Shown in pieces: positions 11,501 to 25,341 of a stretch of 64,000 nt of DNA; the first letter of the stretch is position 1, and every line of letters starts with the position of its first letter. Under the pieces are notes generated by a model. The model searched no databases and was not told the DNA's origin. It saw only the letters and a program-made list of their open reading frames with translations. The position numbers were made by a program, and so were the translations under genes. Source of the stretch: Patellaria atrata CBS 101060. Its lineage: Eukaryota. Where the stretch lies: NCBI GenBank assembly GCA_010093705.1, contig MU006089.1:2839561-2903560 (forward strand), given 5' to 3'.

Positions 11501-14145
11501 TGTGACAAGAACATCAGACGGTAAAGCTAGTGAGCGAAGAGTCTCGAGAGATAGTCCGCCTTGAAAAACACTTTGACTGTCGGAAGAGTCTTGCAATGAC
11601 ATATTAAGCAGCACCCCAGCAAAGTTAATCTGATCCTGGAGCTTCAGATTCGCCCAAATAACTTTCAAACGGCCAAAAGCATCTTTTTGTAGGTCCATAC
11701 GATCTTTGGCCATTTCGCCAGCTATTAGCGACTGAAGGGCCTGAATCCCCTCTTGCTCCCCAGGTTTGATTATCTCCAAGTAGGCACGATCCACGTCTGA
11801 TATAGTCAGAGCTTCCGATTCGCACGCATTAAGAGCTTCGACTGGAGACTGAGATGCCCATACCTTAAGCGAAGGGAGTAGAATTCGAGATCTTACTGAT
11901 GATGCCACCTTTCCTGCTAAGTTTAGAAATGATAGCAATTGGATGCGAGCATATAATAGAGGGGTACAAGATACATGGTTACTAAGTAACGAACAGATAC
12001 TCGACCTTAATGACTTCGGTACCGCATTCAACCCTGCTACTAGAGTATGATTGGTACGAGAGGCATCGAGAACACATTCTTCGAGACCCGGCATAAGGAC
12101 ATTTTTAACAAATTTTGCAGCTTCTTCCGTGCTGAGACAATTCATTGTATTGGAAGACTTTCCGTAAAAATCACAGGTAGCTAAAACGGGCAAGTCTTTG
12201 ATTTTCTTCTTTCTCTCTGTGAGAGTCTCATAGAATTGACTTAGCGTGGCGAGACATGCAGCAGCTTCACGTCGTACTCCAGTTGAGGAATCCGAAAGAG
12301 CTATTAGGAAATAAGGAATCAAAGCTTGAGGGTCGAACTGATGCTGCGTATGGAAATCAGTAATTTGTCTCTTACACTCCTCTAAAGCAATGCAGCGGGT
12401 CGCTGAAGGGTAAGTTCCACACCAAAATCGGACAAGGAAGGAAAATAATGTGGTTCTTCCTAGTTCTTTAGAATTGTCAGGTAGAAGGAGGTCTAATAGC
12501 TTCTTCACATTCGCCTTGGAGGAAGTTGCGCGGATAAAACTTTCCGATAATTGTTTGAAAACATCTGACTGTCCAACAGCGAGGAAGGATCCGTGATTCC
12601 TCACATCCTGTGGAATGAGTTCTGTTATGGATTTAAACCCGGGTTGATGCCCTATCTTGACATTGTCAGATATCTCCACCTCGCCATTCTTTGCATCCAT
12701 TTCGGTGCTGTTCGCTAAAATGAGAACGCTCTTTATCTTCAATTCAAGTGAATCCAAATCACCTAATCTTTGGCTTAATACGTTCTTCAGGGGTTTGGAT
12801 ATTGTTGGATATTCGGAAAGTCGGACGAACATATCATCTACTGCGTCTCGAATTCGAACTCCATCTTGACCACGGTCTCCAGCATTACTAATTACAGGTA
12901 GAGCTGCTTGTAATAACACCGATTTCTGGTTGTCATCTAGCAAATCCGTGGTTAAGATCTGCTCAAAAATCGAGAGCCAGTCCAGTCCCTTTCCTTTCTC
13001 AATCCTCGCTAGAACGCCTAAGGCAAGGCCTACAGCTAAGCGGTCTGCTCTACAACTTTGGTCTACATATTCAAGTGTTCTTGCAATGTTTTCCACATGT
13101 TTGAGCAGAGCTTTGACGACAGGAGTAGGCAGTCTAGCTGCGTTTCTTTCTTGACTTATTACAGTCAATGCGAGAAGGCGAGCGTCGGCAGTGGCAGAGG
13201 TCCAGTTTATCGATATAGCTTCCATCAGTCCGTTGAGTACCTTGTCTTCCAACGCTCCTTTTGTAGCTAGAACGGTGGCTATCATGCAACAACCAACAGT
13301 GAGCTCAGAAACATTCTTCAGCGCCAGTCCTTCGCTCAGCACTGGAATAATTCTCAAGAGGAGATCCTCTTCCCGTTGTTTGTGGATAGTTTCTCTCCCT
13401 GACAGCGATTTATCCAGCAAGTTATGAGTCGTCTCTGTCGCGATAGTAGCCCAAAAAGACAAGAGCGTCTGAGATGCAAAACCAGATTTTGCTACCGTCA
13501 AGACATATTGATTTATTGCTGAGAAAAGAGCCGAGTTATTAGTAGTATTTTGAATTATTTCATGTCGAGAAGGATTGCTTAGTGAGCTGATGTGAGGGTA
13601 TAGAAATCGCCACGTCTGGGATATTTGTCGGGGTAGAATTGATAGAAGTGTCGTGAAAAGGTGGTGTGAATAATAGGGAAGAAAAGTCAAAATGGTAAAT
13701 TCAGTATTATACTCATGTATCCTGTACAAAGATATTAGCTTTGAGTGCGGCACGAAGAACCGCCAACTTACCTATAACGACGTACAAGCCATTCAAGCGC
13801 CTTTACCGCCGGTTTAAGAAGGATTCGGCCACTAATAAGACATAGAAAGCTTTCCAACACAGCATCCAAGGCTGAGTTATCCGCAGCTGTCATTTGTGTG
13901 CGTTCTACTGTCTTGCTCTGTTCACTGAAGATCGACCTAGAGAAGACTAGGAATCGACCATCTAATCGGCATAGCTCTTCAAAGCTTTCATGACATAGCT
14001 GGTAGATCGTATGGAAATCTTGAGATGCTGCAATTCGGGGTTCAAAGATCAATGACTTTCCATGAGCAGATTTCTGGGCCTTGAGGTCTAACTGGTGGGT
14101 GCTCGTCGCCGCAATGGCATCAAGTTGCCTTTTGAGGATACTCAT
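8514..14145 (-). CDS. UTP10: U3 snoRNA-associated protein 10 (HEAT-repeat SSU processome subunit)
   Basis: N-terminus MSILKRQL..AHGKSLIFEPRIAASQDF..KALEWLVRRYR, AFEHIPSHRRL, MKLNDASFRPFF (BP28CT region) and C-terminus LLPEMLPVISELQEDDDEIVE..IEEILGESL. Multi-exon across ORFs 13768-14145, 10664-13753, 9162-10616 and 8514-8825. Confidence 0.95.
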
Positions 14146-14539
14146 CGCGTGGATTCAAGAGGAGAATTGGTATTAGTTACTTGCCATACGGTGTTGGGGA
14201 CGCATAAAAAGCCCTTAACCTTAAGTTAGTCTTTGCCTAATATCATAAGGGAGAACAAACCTGGATCTGCACCAAACTTTCTCCAGGCATCTCTCTCACC
14301 ACTTAAGCTAGCTCTCCCAGAGTGTAGCAAAAAAGTTTCTGAGGTCAAAATCTTGGCGCGGAGTGTTTCCGCTTTGTCAAACGTCGCAAACATGACCTTA
14401 ACCTCACCTCTCCACCCATGGTCAAAGCTCAAGTTCCCATCAGGTAGCAGACAATATCAATTTAGAGGTAGGCGAATTTCCATCGACGTTTATTCCATAC
14501 GTAACGACATAGAAGCATTGTTTTTGCGACTAAACCAGT

Positions 14540-17500
14540 ATGCAGCAGCAATCACCAGGTTCTAAACCCGTTGTCCCCAAATTCGCGAGTTTCAGGCCAA
14601 AAGAGATAGTTTCGAGCTCCAAGGATATTACTCCCGACTCGCAGCCACGAGGCGAAATAGATGCAGATGAGCAGTCGAAAAGGTCAAGGGAAGGGCTCAA
14701 AGAAAGAGAAAGGAGACACCACAGAGGTGGGAGGCGTCGACACCGCAAAGAATACCATGAGGATGGACGTGAGCATGCCCACAACCTATGGAAGAGTCAT
14801 AGAAGCTTGGGGCATCAAGATCACGAACGGGACTTGGCTAGACTGCCGCACAAAGAAACTCGTATCGAGACGTGGATTGACGAAAGCGATGTGAACGAGT
14901 TATATGTGACCGACCTTAGAGGTGATCCTAGAATTGTAACCCCCGCCTCACTGCAATGTTATAGTGTCCCTTCGTACCGTCGGACAGGGTATGGTGGAGT
15001 CTTAGGTGCGCCCAAGAAAGACAGGATTGATAGGTCTCTTACAACAGATCGTGTGATATATGTCCATGGTGTTTTCGATAAACCCGGATATGAGCTTCAG
15101 GGGCTCTCTAAACAGGGTAAGGTAGCAGAAAACACTCTGCGCTTGGTACCAGGAGAAGGAGCCGATGACTTGCCCTTAAACAGTGATTACGTTCCTTTGA
15201 AGCCGAATCGAAAGCGAAAGCGAGGTGTTGAGTCCCCTTCCGAGAAACATGCCACGGATGAAGTTGATTACAGATCGATTGAAGGAAAGCACACCACTGT
15301 GGCACCTCCTATTGACTCAGACTTGGAATATGCATCTGATTCTTCGAATTTGCGTGATACCGAATCCCGGGATATTTATCGCGAAGCAACGTTGAAGAAC
15401 TCGGAGTTATCCCGTCAAACAAAAAACGAACCGGAAAATGTGACTGCTTGGCTAGAGCTGATCAACCACCAAGAGGTAATGATTCAACTTGGTCAGGCCC
15501 GTTGGAATCAATCACTTTCGAACTCCGAACGTAGGAACCTAGCTGACATCAAGATCTCTATCTATGAGCAAGCCCTAAAACATATTGGTAATCATGAGAA
15601 ATCAAGGGTGAAGTTGCTGCTTGGTCTATTGGAGGAAGGTTCACGGATTTGGGAAGCCAAAAAGAGATCATCAAAATGGAAGGACGCACTTTCTCAGATG
15701 CCACACAACATCGAGATCTGGATCCGGTATCTAGATTTTGCACAAGGGGATTTTGCCGCATTTGAATATGAGACTTCTCGAAAGTTATTTCTTGAATGCT
15801 TGAATATCATCATGATTGCGAGAAGTAAACTGAATTCAAACCTCACTACTACACAGACCATCGAAGAGTCTCAACTGTACGTTGTTCTACGTATGACTGC
15901 TATGATGCGACAATCAGGCTATCATGAGCATGCAACGGCTATATGGCAGGCACTTCTGGAGTTTCATATTTTCAGACCAACTCATCTAATCGGAAAACCT
16001 GTCCCTGATGTGCTCGATGTCTTTGAAGAGTTCTGGGATAGTGAAGCACCCAGAATTGGCGAACCCAACGCGAAAGGTTGGAGCGTTACACTTAGCAGTC
16101 CCATTAATCCGGCCTACCCCACGCATCACCAAGATCCAGTTATTGGTTTAATGGACGGCTTCGGAACATTCTATCAGGAAGAAAAGTCTCGCGAAGATGC
16201 ATTTCATCAGCCCGGCCGAACAACTGATGAGGGCGCTGAGGAAGACCCTTACCATGTCATCCTCTACACAGACCTCAAAGACGTCCTCCAATTAGTTTCA
16301 GCGGATATCAACAAGGAGTACCTGATTGATGCTTATCTCTGCTATATGAATCTCGCTCCACTCCCTTTGCCTACTAGATGCAGTTGGTGGCTCAATCCCT
16401 TCTTGAGAACCAACGCTCGTTGTATAGCATTGGAAGGCTCTCATAGCTTAGAATCTGAAGATAAGCTGTCTGAGAGTGAGCGAGATATATCTAAGGATGA
16501 GAAGAACCAACAGGAAGAAAATCTTTCAAGCTTTGAAAAGTCTCTCAACTTTCTCTCTCGCTGCCCTTTCGGATATTTTCAATCCACGATACAAAACCTG
16601 CTTACGTTCCACTGCAGTGATTGCCTTTCTAAAACGGAGCTCGAGTGGGTTGAACGAACTTTGAATTTAATTGCCAATGCAGTAACGGATCAGAATGTCG
16701 CTGAATACTATCTCACCTTCGCTTTCCATTTCTTTCCCACCAAGTGAGTAGATTCTATCTTATGAAGATACCGAATACTAAAAGTTCTATAATAGCGCTG
16801 TGAAGATTGCAAAGTCGTTGTTGAAATCACGTCAACAAGCATTGAGACTTTATAACATGTATGCCTTGCTCGAGGCTAGAAGAGCAAATACGGGAACTTC
16901 AAACCGAGTCTGGTCTACTGCTATATCCAAGTCAAAGTCTGTACTATCCAACCAAGCAGACGTCGTTTTCCTATGGAGGTCATGGATCTGGGAGACACTG
17001 CGTGCGAATGACACGTCTTTAGCGGTTCATCTTTTGTTACTTATTGGAGATGATAAATTTCCTAAAATACCGATGAACATGGAAAAGCCGGCACTCACTG
17101 CATCAGGAGTTCTGCGGTCGCATCAGGTAAGTTTGAACGGAAGCACCTGAACGCAAAATAAACTAATTTTTCTCCGAGGCCCTTGTCGAAGGACGCGATC
17201 ATGCTTTATCACTGTTTAACTGGTATCATTTCGATGCTTACTCTGACTGTCTCGCCTTGCTTCACTATTTCAAGAACTCTGGTGACCTCACAGCAGCTCT
17301 CGATACATATCGTCAAACCAGTGCGATGCTCGAAACCCGCAACATGACGCATTCACCAGCAAATGAGCTCATCCACCAGTCTCGTACTGATCTCCTCATC
17401 TATCATGCGAAACATGTTCGCCTCTTCAAACCATCGGTTCTACGTAAAGCACTTGAGGAAAGTATAAGGCTCTTCCCCAACAACACAATATTTCTTTCGG

Positions 17501-18038
17501 CTTTCGCCGCGAATGAAGTTCGCTTCCGGATTGATGATAGGGTTAGGACAACATTGCGTGATAAGGTCCTTACCGGAGAGAACAGTACCATTGTAGGATG
17601 GAGTTTCGCTATCCATGCGGAAATGCATCGCGGTGAAGGACACGGGTGGACTGAGCATGCCATCCGCGCGACGTTTGAGAAGGCGGTGGAAAACAATAAG
17701 TACGTTCTCCCTAATCACTCAACATTGCTACTTGAGGTGACGTCTTCATTTGCTATAATAACTCTAATTAACCTCACAGTGGCAGGCACAGTATATTCCT
17801 CTGGACGGCCTTTGTGCTTTTTGAGCTCACACACCGTCCTCGCGAACGAGCCAAGGAAGTCTTTTTCCGCGGATACAGGAGTCTCCCGTGGGCGAAAACG
17901 TACATCATGATGGCATTCAGGTACCTTCGACACATACTAACCTTCGATGAACAGAAGGCCTTGTACAGGGCTATGGGTGAGAAGGAGTTGCGGGTGCACA
18001 TCGACATGGAGGACACACTTGAGGAGGGCGAAGCTTGA
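14540..18038 (+). CDS. NRDE-2/Nrl1-like nuclear RNA-processing protein
   Basis: VPKFASFRPK N-terminus, DYRSIEGK, GYHEHATAIWQALLE, FEEFWDSEAPRIGE, DPYHVILYTD, LFPNNTIFL and MGEKELRVHID motifs, which are characteristic of fungal NRDE-2. At least three introns. Confidence 0.88.
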
Positions 18039-18713
18039 GTTGTATTCTGATAGGGCTGATGGTGGTAGTTCCTAGTTTCTAATATTACATGATACTGATC
18101 CTATCGCTGTGTGATGCCTTGATAGTCTTTCATCAGCACGCTGTACAGCAAGGAATTTTAAGGCAAAACGTTTCATCTACAATGACATAGCCGACCCGTC
18201 GATCAATACAGAAAATGCAAAACTGCCCCCTCTCAGTACCATTGCCGAACCGTCTAACCTTACAGAATAGCGACACCTTGCGCAGGAAAAGGTTGTAGCA
18301 ACGCTGACAAAATAGGAGATTCCCGAACATCATAACGCCACCGCTGTGCAGAAAGCACGAGGACTATACTGAACCATCAGAGAACCACCTTCATATTTCG
18401 TATACGACCAACCGTACCGTACATGCGCGCCAAAGTCATTACATACAAAAACTTAACCAAGTTAAATTGAGCTCGATCTTAGCTTCACCTTCGAAAGAAG
18501 GCTACCAGAATCCAGCACCGCGTTGAGGTGTTGAGCTATCGCGGAGACTTCCTCTTCCTCATACAACCTAAATTCACAACCCACAAGCAAAAATTCAAAA
18601 ACAAGCCCAAAACAAAAGTTCTAAACCCAAATCCAAACCAAAAAAAAAATTGGAAGCTTCCGGTTTACCAGGAGGTTTGTTTACTGGGTTTTCCTTCCCA
18701 GACCGTCCCCGAA

Positions 18714-19173
18714 TTAGTCTTCATCCTCCTCATCAATCACAGAAAGATCCAGCGAGTACATTTTCCAATCCCTATCACTGTCACTGTCGGCATCTGAATA
18801 TTCTTTTGACCACTCAAAGGCAGCCCTGAGGCCCTCAATTTTTTGGAGCCTGCGTTGTTCTTCTGTCTGGTTTACGACTTCACTTCTTTTCTCGTGGCCA
18901 TAACTTTGACTGGGAGCGTTGGTGAGGTGGAGGCTGAGGTAGGAGATGGTGATGACGGTGGTGATGGTGATGAGGCTGAAAAAGCGAATCGAGGAGGGCG
19001 GGGCATCAATGCTAAGGTCTGCATCGGACGGGAGGGAGATACTACTACCGGCCGGTAGGTTTCTTCGATAGGTTGTGTGATTGATTTCACAGCCACATCA
19101 TCGCGGTCACAAATACAGGACAGTTTTTGACAAACTTTGCTAATTTTGCGGCAAAGCTCTTGAAAACGCCCAT
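18714..19173 (-). pseudogene. Possible frameshifted small orphan gene
   Basis: Three successive frames give protein-like pieces: MGVFKSFAAKLAKFV, then KLSCICDRDD..SPSPTSASTSP, then QKIEGLRAAFEWSKEYSDADSDSD..DEEDED*. No introns evident to join them. Confidence 0.25.
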
Positions 19174-19920
19174 GATGATGACAGGATCTGTTAGAGGAGA
19201 GGTGGAGATGGCTGTTAACCAAGAATGATGTTATAATGGCTAGAATGTTCAATGAGAAAGAAAGGTTTTCGTGCAATGATGTATTATCGCTGGCTCTGGT
19301 GACAAAGTACTGTTATAAAGGTTTGATAATGGTGTTCGTTGGTATGCTCAATGGTAAAAAGTCCGGGTTTTAATCGTTCTACAGAATCATAATTTTAGCC
19401 ATACTGTACAATATATCCTATGGGGTGCGCTCCTCCACACCCCAGAGGGCAAAAAGAAGAAGAGGAGGAGAGGGAATGGAAGGGGAGTCCATATGTCAAG
19501 CCCTCCAGATCACTCGTGAAACCATGGGACACAGTGAAATGATTATATTCGAAGTCCAAATGTTGATCTGACTATTGTCGGTTCTGGTAGTGGGAAAATT
19601 ATGAATAGCGAGTATGTTACGGAGGCTGATTTCCATTGCGAACAGGAACACTACCAGAATGGGAATAAATGGAGCTGCGAAGTATGTAAACCAGGTTGAA
19701 TATGTAGGGAGAAAAAAAGAAAAGAGGATCAGAACAAAGAGAATAGTTGAGATTTATAACAATGCCTAGATCCTAGAATTGCTGCTTCCATGGGCATATC
19801 GAATTGCGGAAAAAAAAAACCTCACATCATTAGGTAGGTAGGAAGAAATTTCTAAGTGATAACTTTCCAGTGTCAAGGCTCAACCTCAGATGGAAGCTGA
19901 AAGGTATATTGCTACATATA

Positions 19921-20113
19921 CATGAAGCTTAAACTTAAGGAAAGAAAGTAAAAGAGAGTATCAGAACAGCGTGAGCTGTTCTATTAAAGGACAACATGAC
20001 TAAGCTACTGGATCATGCATGGAGCTTAAACTTAAGGAAAGAAAGTAAGAGAAAGTGCCAGAACAGCATAAGTTGTTCTATTAAAGTATAGCATAGCTAA
20101 GCTGCTGGATCAT
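19921..20113. repeat. Tandem duplication of a ~97-bp unit (2 diverged copies)
   Basis: catgaagcttaaacttaaggaaagaaagta...ctaagctactggatcat followed directly by gcatggagcttaaacttaaggaaagaaagta...ctaagctgctggatcat. Confidence 0.9.
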
Positions 20114-23100
20114 CCAAGGCACTTATACCTATCGGGTCTAACCCGTGACATCCAGTCAACGGATGAAGTAGGCACGAAGGAACGCACTCTTTACAGAAGG
20201 GGGAGAATGTATACTGAATGGATCCAATACAGTACCTTCGGCTGAGGCAGACCGTACACGGCAGGCAGAGGGCCTGATAAGGTAGGATCCATTCGCTCGA
20301 ACTGAGTGTTACGGCCACAGGACGAAGAAGCGGCATTACCCATAGAGCGGTAGCGCAGAAGTGTCGGAACGGAACAACCATCACGGGTAGGAGATCACGT
20401 GATGTGATCGATGTGCTCGACGTGCTCGAGGGGCGAGCAGAGCGAGCAGAGCGAACACCACCAAATTGAACTACGAAGGATAGGAATATTTAAGGACGGT
20501 CTTCCCCTCATATATTTAGATTCTTCGTAGTTATTCTTACCATCAATCTTACCCATAGATTTGGATGTTACGGTTTTGAACTTGACTTCACTTGTTACGC
20601 TGTTTCCATACAGTACGTCTTGTCTCATCGTGAGCATCACCCGAAGTCAAGGAGTCAGCAAGTTGTATCGTCAACTCAAAGTGCCTTTGTTATACGTATC
20701 CTATCACTTTGCCAAACCTACCCCAGTGGTTGACCACGTTAGAACTCTAAGTGAGAAGCCAGGCGCGTTTCTAGACTTATCCTGTTCTGTCTCGATAAGT
20801 ATAGACTCCCGTTGTAACACTGAGGTACCTTGCTCCCCTATGCTACCAGACTAGACAAGACTAAACCGTCATTAGAGTAGGTTTGCAGGAGATTCATCAC
20901 CCGTTAAGGCAGGCGAGTTATAGATAAAGATATGAAGACAGTCTGGAAGTTGCAACTGATCTTGTGTGCCATATCTCCTATGAGCTGTTTTCCCAACGCT
21001 CGTGATAATGTTCGAGTAGCGCAGCAGGTGGAGGAAATATGATATTTATGGTGTGAGACCAACACATCAGCAGAATAACAGAGTATACCCACACCAGAGT
21101 GATGAGACCTGTAAATATAGGTTCTCGCAGAACCTGGATACTGGTAGTCCACGACAAATTCGTACCATAGTGAATGACCCTACCAAATCCACAGAACAAC
21201 GACTCAACGAGACTACCCATTAAAAAATGGACAAAAGCACGACATAGTTCAACTTCCTCAAAGCCCCGTTTGTAACGAGAACAGTGATGAAAGAGATATC
21301 CACGCAAAGGTGGTGATGTTTCCAAAATTTTACCGGGTGGTGGAGAGACACCCGGTAGGGGTAAGGGGGTTTCGACTTACATGTGGGGAAAAGGAAAAAG
21401 AGAGGATCAGAACAGAGAGAACAGTCTAGATTTATACCAATACCCAGATCCTATATTTACTGAATCATTCTCATAGAATAACGTGGAGGATTTGGGCAAA
21501 GCAAGGCAGGTGCTCGAGAGAATAAGTGGAGTGTTCGGGCGCCTTCAGAATTGGTGGCATACCTAGAAGGAAGGGAAGAGATATGGCGCTGTCACCCTGA
21601 AGAGAAGGAAGGGCTCCGCAACTAGAATTATGAGGTAAGTGGAAAGATATACAGAGTGTGCCAGGAAAGATATGTGATAGCAATCCATTTTTGGGGACAA
21701 GGTATTATGAGAATATTGGATCTTAACAGACGCAATAGAAAATGCTTCGTGTTCTCGTGTCTCGCATATCACTGTGCTAGCATGGAAACCCATTTGAGCT
21801 CGAACATCACGAGGGTGTAGGAAATTTCCACCTGGAAATCTCTCACGTGTCACATACATTTCGGGATTGACAGCAGGATGAAAGAACAGGAGGGAGGTCT
21901 TGAAACAGGAGTCAGTCACCTCGTCTAAGCCGAGGGAATCTGAGCTCGAAGAATAGATCAACATCACAGCTCAATGTTACTATGGTTGTCAACATGATGA
22001 TGTGAAGTCGTTCTCCTGAACAGTACCTACGGAAGAACTGCACACGATACAATGGAGCGCATAATTCACTCAGAAACAAGAGACCGGACGATCAACATTC
22101 GATTTCCTCGTTATCCCGCTCATGGCGAGAATAACGATGAAAAAAGATATCCATACGAAAGTGGTGAGGTTCAAAAATTAGACCAGATATCATTAGCGCT
22201 TGGAAGGTTTTCTACACCATTATTCAACACACCCGTCTTCGAGTGCCTCTATACTAAACGCCTCGTCTGGGCCGCCGGAAGGTTGGTACCTTAAGGCACC
22301 TTATGAGGAGAAAGAAAAGAAGGTGAGAATGAGAGAGGAAGAGAAGGGATATTTAAGGCAGAGGAAACTCATCGATGAGTAAGAGTAGTCCGGGCAATGC
22401 GGAACCGGACGATGTGGTTCCAACTTCTATGGAAAAGGGAAGGACAACATGACCCCCCTTCCAAAAGGGGTAATCTGTGAAGAACTCGGGCTATGTTCCG
22501 AGGATCACTGGATAAGGACAATGGGATGCGTAAAGTGCGAACCATACCCGACGGAATTCTCCTGATAGTACGATAACGTATGTGCATTAAGTTTGGCCGA
22601 ATAATAGTAAGTTACCGTAGCATCTTATACGCTTCCAAGTCTTCGCGGTCCATTCTTTCTCAATTTGTAAATATTCTCGTTGTCATCTCTAGAGCCAGCC
22701 TTCCTCATTAAACTAACATGGAAAGAAGAAGACCGCGTCCACTTTATCTCGGAAGCTCACACCTTAGTATAGACTCTTAATAGAACGCTTTTCATGCCTT
22801 GAATAGATTTAAATACTGCTGTCTGTTTCTCTTCTGCTTTGCCGATACACATTCTTATGCCCAAGAAACAGAGACCTTCACCAAAATTGCAGGTAGTCAA
22901 ATGGAGTAGATGATGGCTCACTCTTCTAGCGAATCCGTATACCTCACTCCGGATGGGACTGTATTTTAGTAACTTACTAACATTTGAGGCGACCGGCAAA
23001 CTCTCTCAATTCGCCACCCATAGGCTTGTGCCATTGGTTGAGCTGACACACTATACACAACATCGCCAGAGGATTCAACACACTCTCTTTACCAACGCAG

Positions 23101-23638
23101 GTTGGTATATGACGTTAGTTGTAGATAGATGATACAGGACATGGGACTCGACAGTGAGCGACGTGAACTTAAGTGGACGCGAGGATAGACGGATGTAGCC
23201 TTGAAACCTTTACGTGTGCGATTGCATTTCTTTGACGGACGACGTTACTGATGTGAACTAGGTAGAACGACCAGATTTGCATGGGGACTCGCCACTGACT
23301 GTGACAGTAAGTTCTGCTGCATATGGAGAAGAATTCGGTAAGCATAAAATTTGCTTATGTGTGATGAGTGAATGGTACTGGTGAGTTAAAGTCTCAATAC
23401 CGTATTTGACATCCTATCTGAAAAATGCTCGTTGTTCAAGGTGAAAACCTGAAGACCAAACGTCGGAATTGATTGAATTCAGTCTGTACAGTTCAGCCAT
23501 GATTGCGTCTCTATTTACTTTTCTTTAGATTTATATACGTGCCATTCCATAATATAATGACATATAAACGCCTGCAAAGCTTAGGCCACGATCTACAGGT
23601 CAGAAATGTTTTGATACACCAGATTACCTGCAAACCCT

Positions 23639-25341
23639 CTACGCAGATTTTCGGACATATGCGACTGGGCCGGCATATACATGTCTTCCAAAAAACCAGT
23701 AATACACCCAGGAGAATATAATCGTGACGCCAAACATCAAGATACTCCAATTCATACCGGCCGCGTCCGGCTTCGGCCCGATCGGGAAGAAACTCCAGAC
23801 GAATATCCATACCAAGAATACGATACTAGCGATGTTGATAGGGAGTCCAGCACGCCCAAGCTGGAACTTGGACGGCAGAAGGGGTTCGTTCCGGATTCTC
23901 TTCAGCGCGATACAGGATATACTGACGATGTAGGAAGCTAGAATAGCTGCAAGGGAAAGAGAGGCAATGTTCATGAGCGCAGTTGTCGAGCCAATATTGA
24001 TGAGGGCAAGGAGGCAGGAAACGCCGAAGGCGAGACAGATGGCGTTGATTGGGACATCCCACTTGGGTGGCACATAGGCGAAGGTGCTGCTGAAGGGGAT
24101 GCCTTGATCACGCGCAAAGGCGAAGAGCTGGCGCGAAGATGTTGCAGTGATTGACAAGTTGCAAAAGACGGCCATGAAGATGACAAGCGCACCCATGACG
24201 GTTGCTCCAGCAACGGATTTAGTGGAGTTGTAGAAGACGTAGAGGTAGGCTTGGCCCGTGGGAGAGCTAATCGCATCATCAAGACTGCCAAGGGTGAAGC
24301 AGAAAGTGATGACCATGATCCAGCCCATTAAGCCGTTTATCAGTGTCGTCCAAATCATGCTCCGGGGAAGTGTTTTTGATGCGTCCCGAAGCTCCTCCGA
24401 CATGTGGACTGCGGCATCCGCTCCGAGCAGCGGAAGTGTTGCTGCGAGGACACCTACGAGAGTTGCCACGCCCTGGTTGTTCCAGCCACCATAGTCATTG
24501 AAAGTGCCAAAGACGTCGGAAGCTTCACCAATTGGGCCCATCACCCATAATGTGATCATGATGGCGAAGAAACCGAAGATATGCACGACTAAGACGATGC
24601 CCTCGATCAAGGGTAGCTTCTTTGCGAGGAAAGTGTTGAATACGACGTTGAAGGCGGAGACTGCGAAGACGAGCAAAGTGCCGTGCCATCTCTCGAATGA
24701 GTAATCAGGGTAATTCAGGACGAGCAGACCCTGAATTTGGGTTCCAGCGAGGAAGGCCGTGTTTGCGGCTCCGGTTTGCCAACCCAGAACGCAAAGCCAA
24801 CCTGTGCCATGTCAGAACAAAATCCAGATAAGCGTGCTAGGGGTACATTTGCAGCACTTACCGATCATATAGCTGAGGAACTTCTGGTACTTAGCAGGAG
24901 CGAACTCAGACACCCAGTGATATTGACCTCCAGATGTTGGAGCCATTGACCCCATCTCTGCCATGGAAACATTTACGCAGATAAATCCCATCCAGCAGAT
25001 AAAGTACATCCAGATCAATCCGGCAGTTCCGCCATCAAGGAGACCGATGGTAGAAACACCAAGTGCGGTTTCCCAACTTGCCATCAGAATCATGGAGAAG
25101 CCGAAGATGGATACAAATCGGAAGTTGCGCTTTCAACCATCAGTTAAGATTCGGTATCTGGATTTAGGTATACGGATTTAGGTATACAAACCCTCATCTC
25201 TTGAACTTTCCCCATTCTCCACATGGCCTGTCTGTCGGCAGTCGTCCCTTTCTTCTCACTGATCTCCATCTCATCCTCACCAACAACCTCGACCTCGAAA
25301 GGTTCATTTTCCACGACTGGGACTTTGGCGATTTCAACCAT
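23639..25341 (-). CDS. APC-superfamily amino acid/GABA permease
   Basis: MWRMGKVQEMR/RNFRFVSIFGF, MAEMGSMAPTSGGQYHWVSEFAP, DAAVHMSEE, FARDQGIP and GRHVYAGPV motifs; two introns. Confidence 0.93.

Noticed and set aside
18133..18333. 66-aa Cys-rich ORF with CxxC motifs
   Set aside because: Short, no recognisable zinc-finger spacing and no supporting exons.
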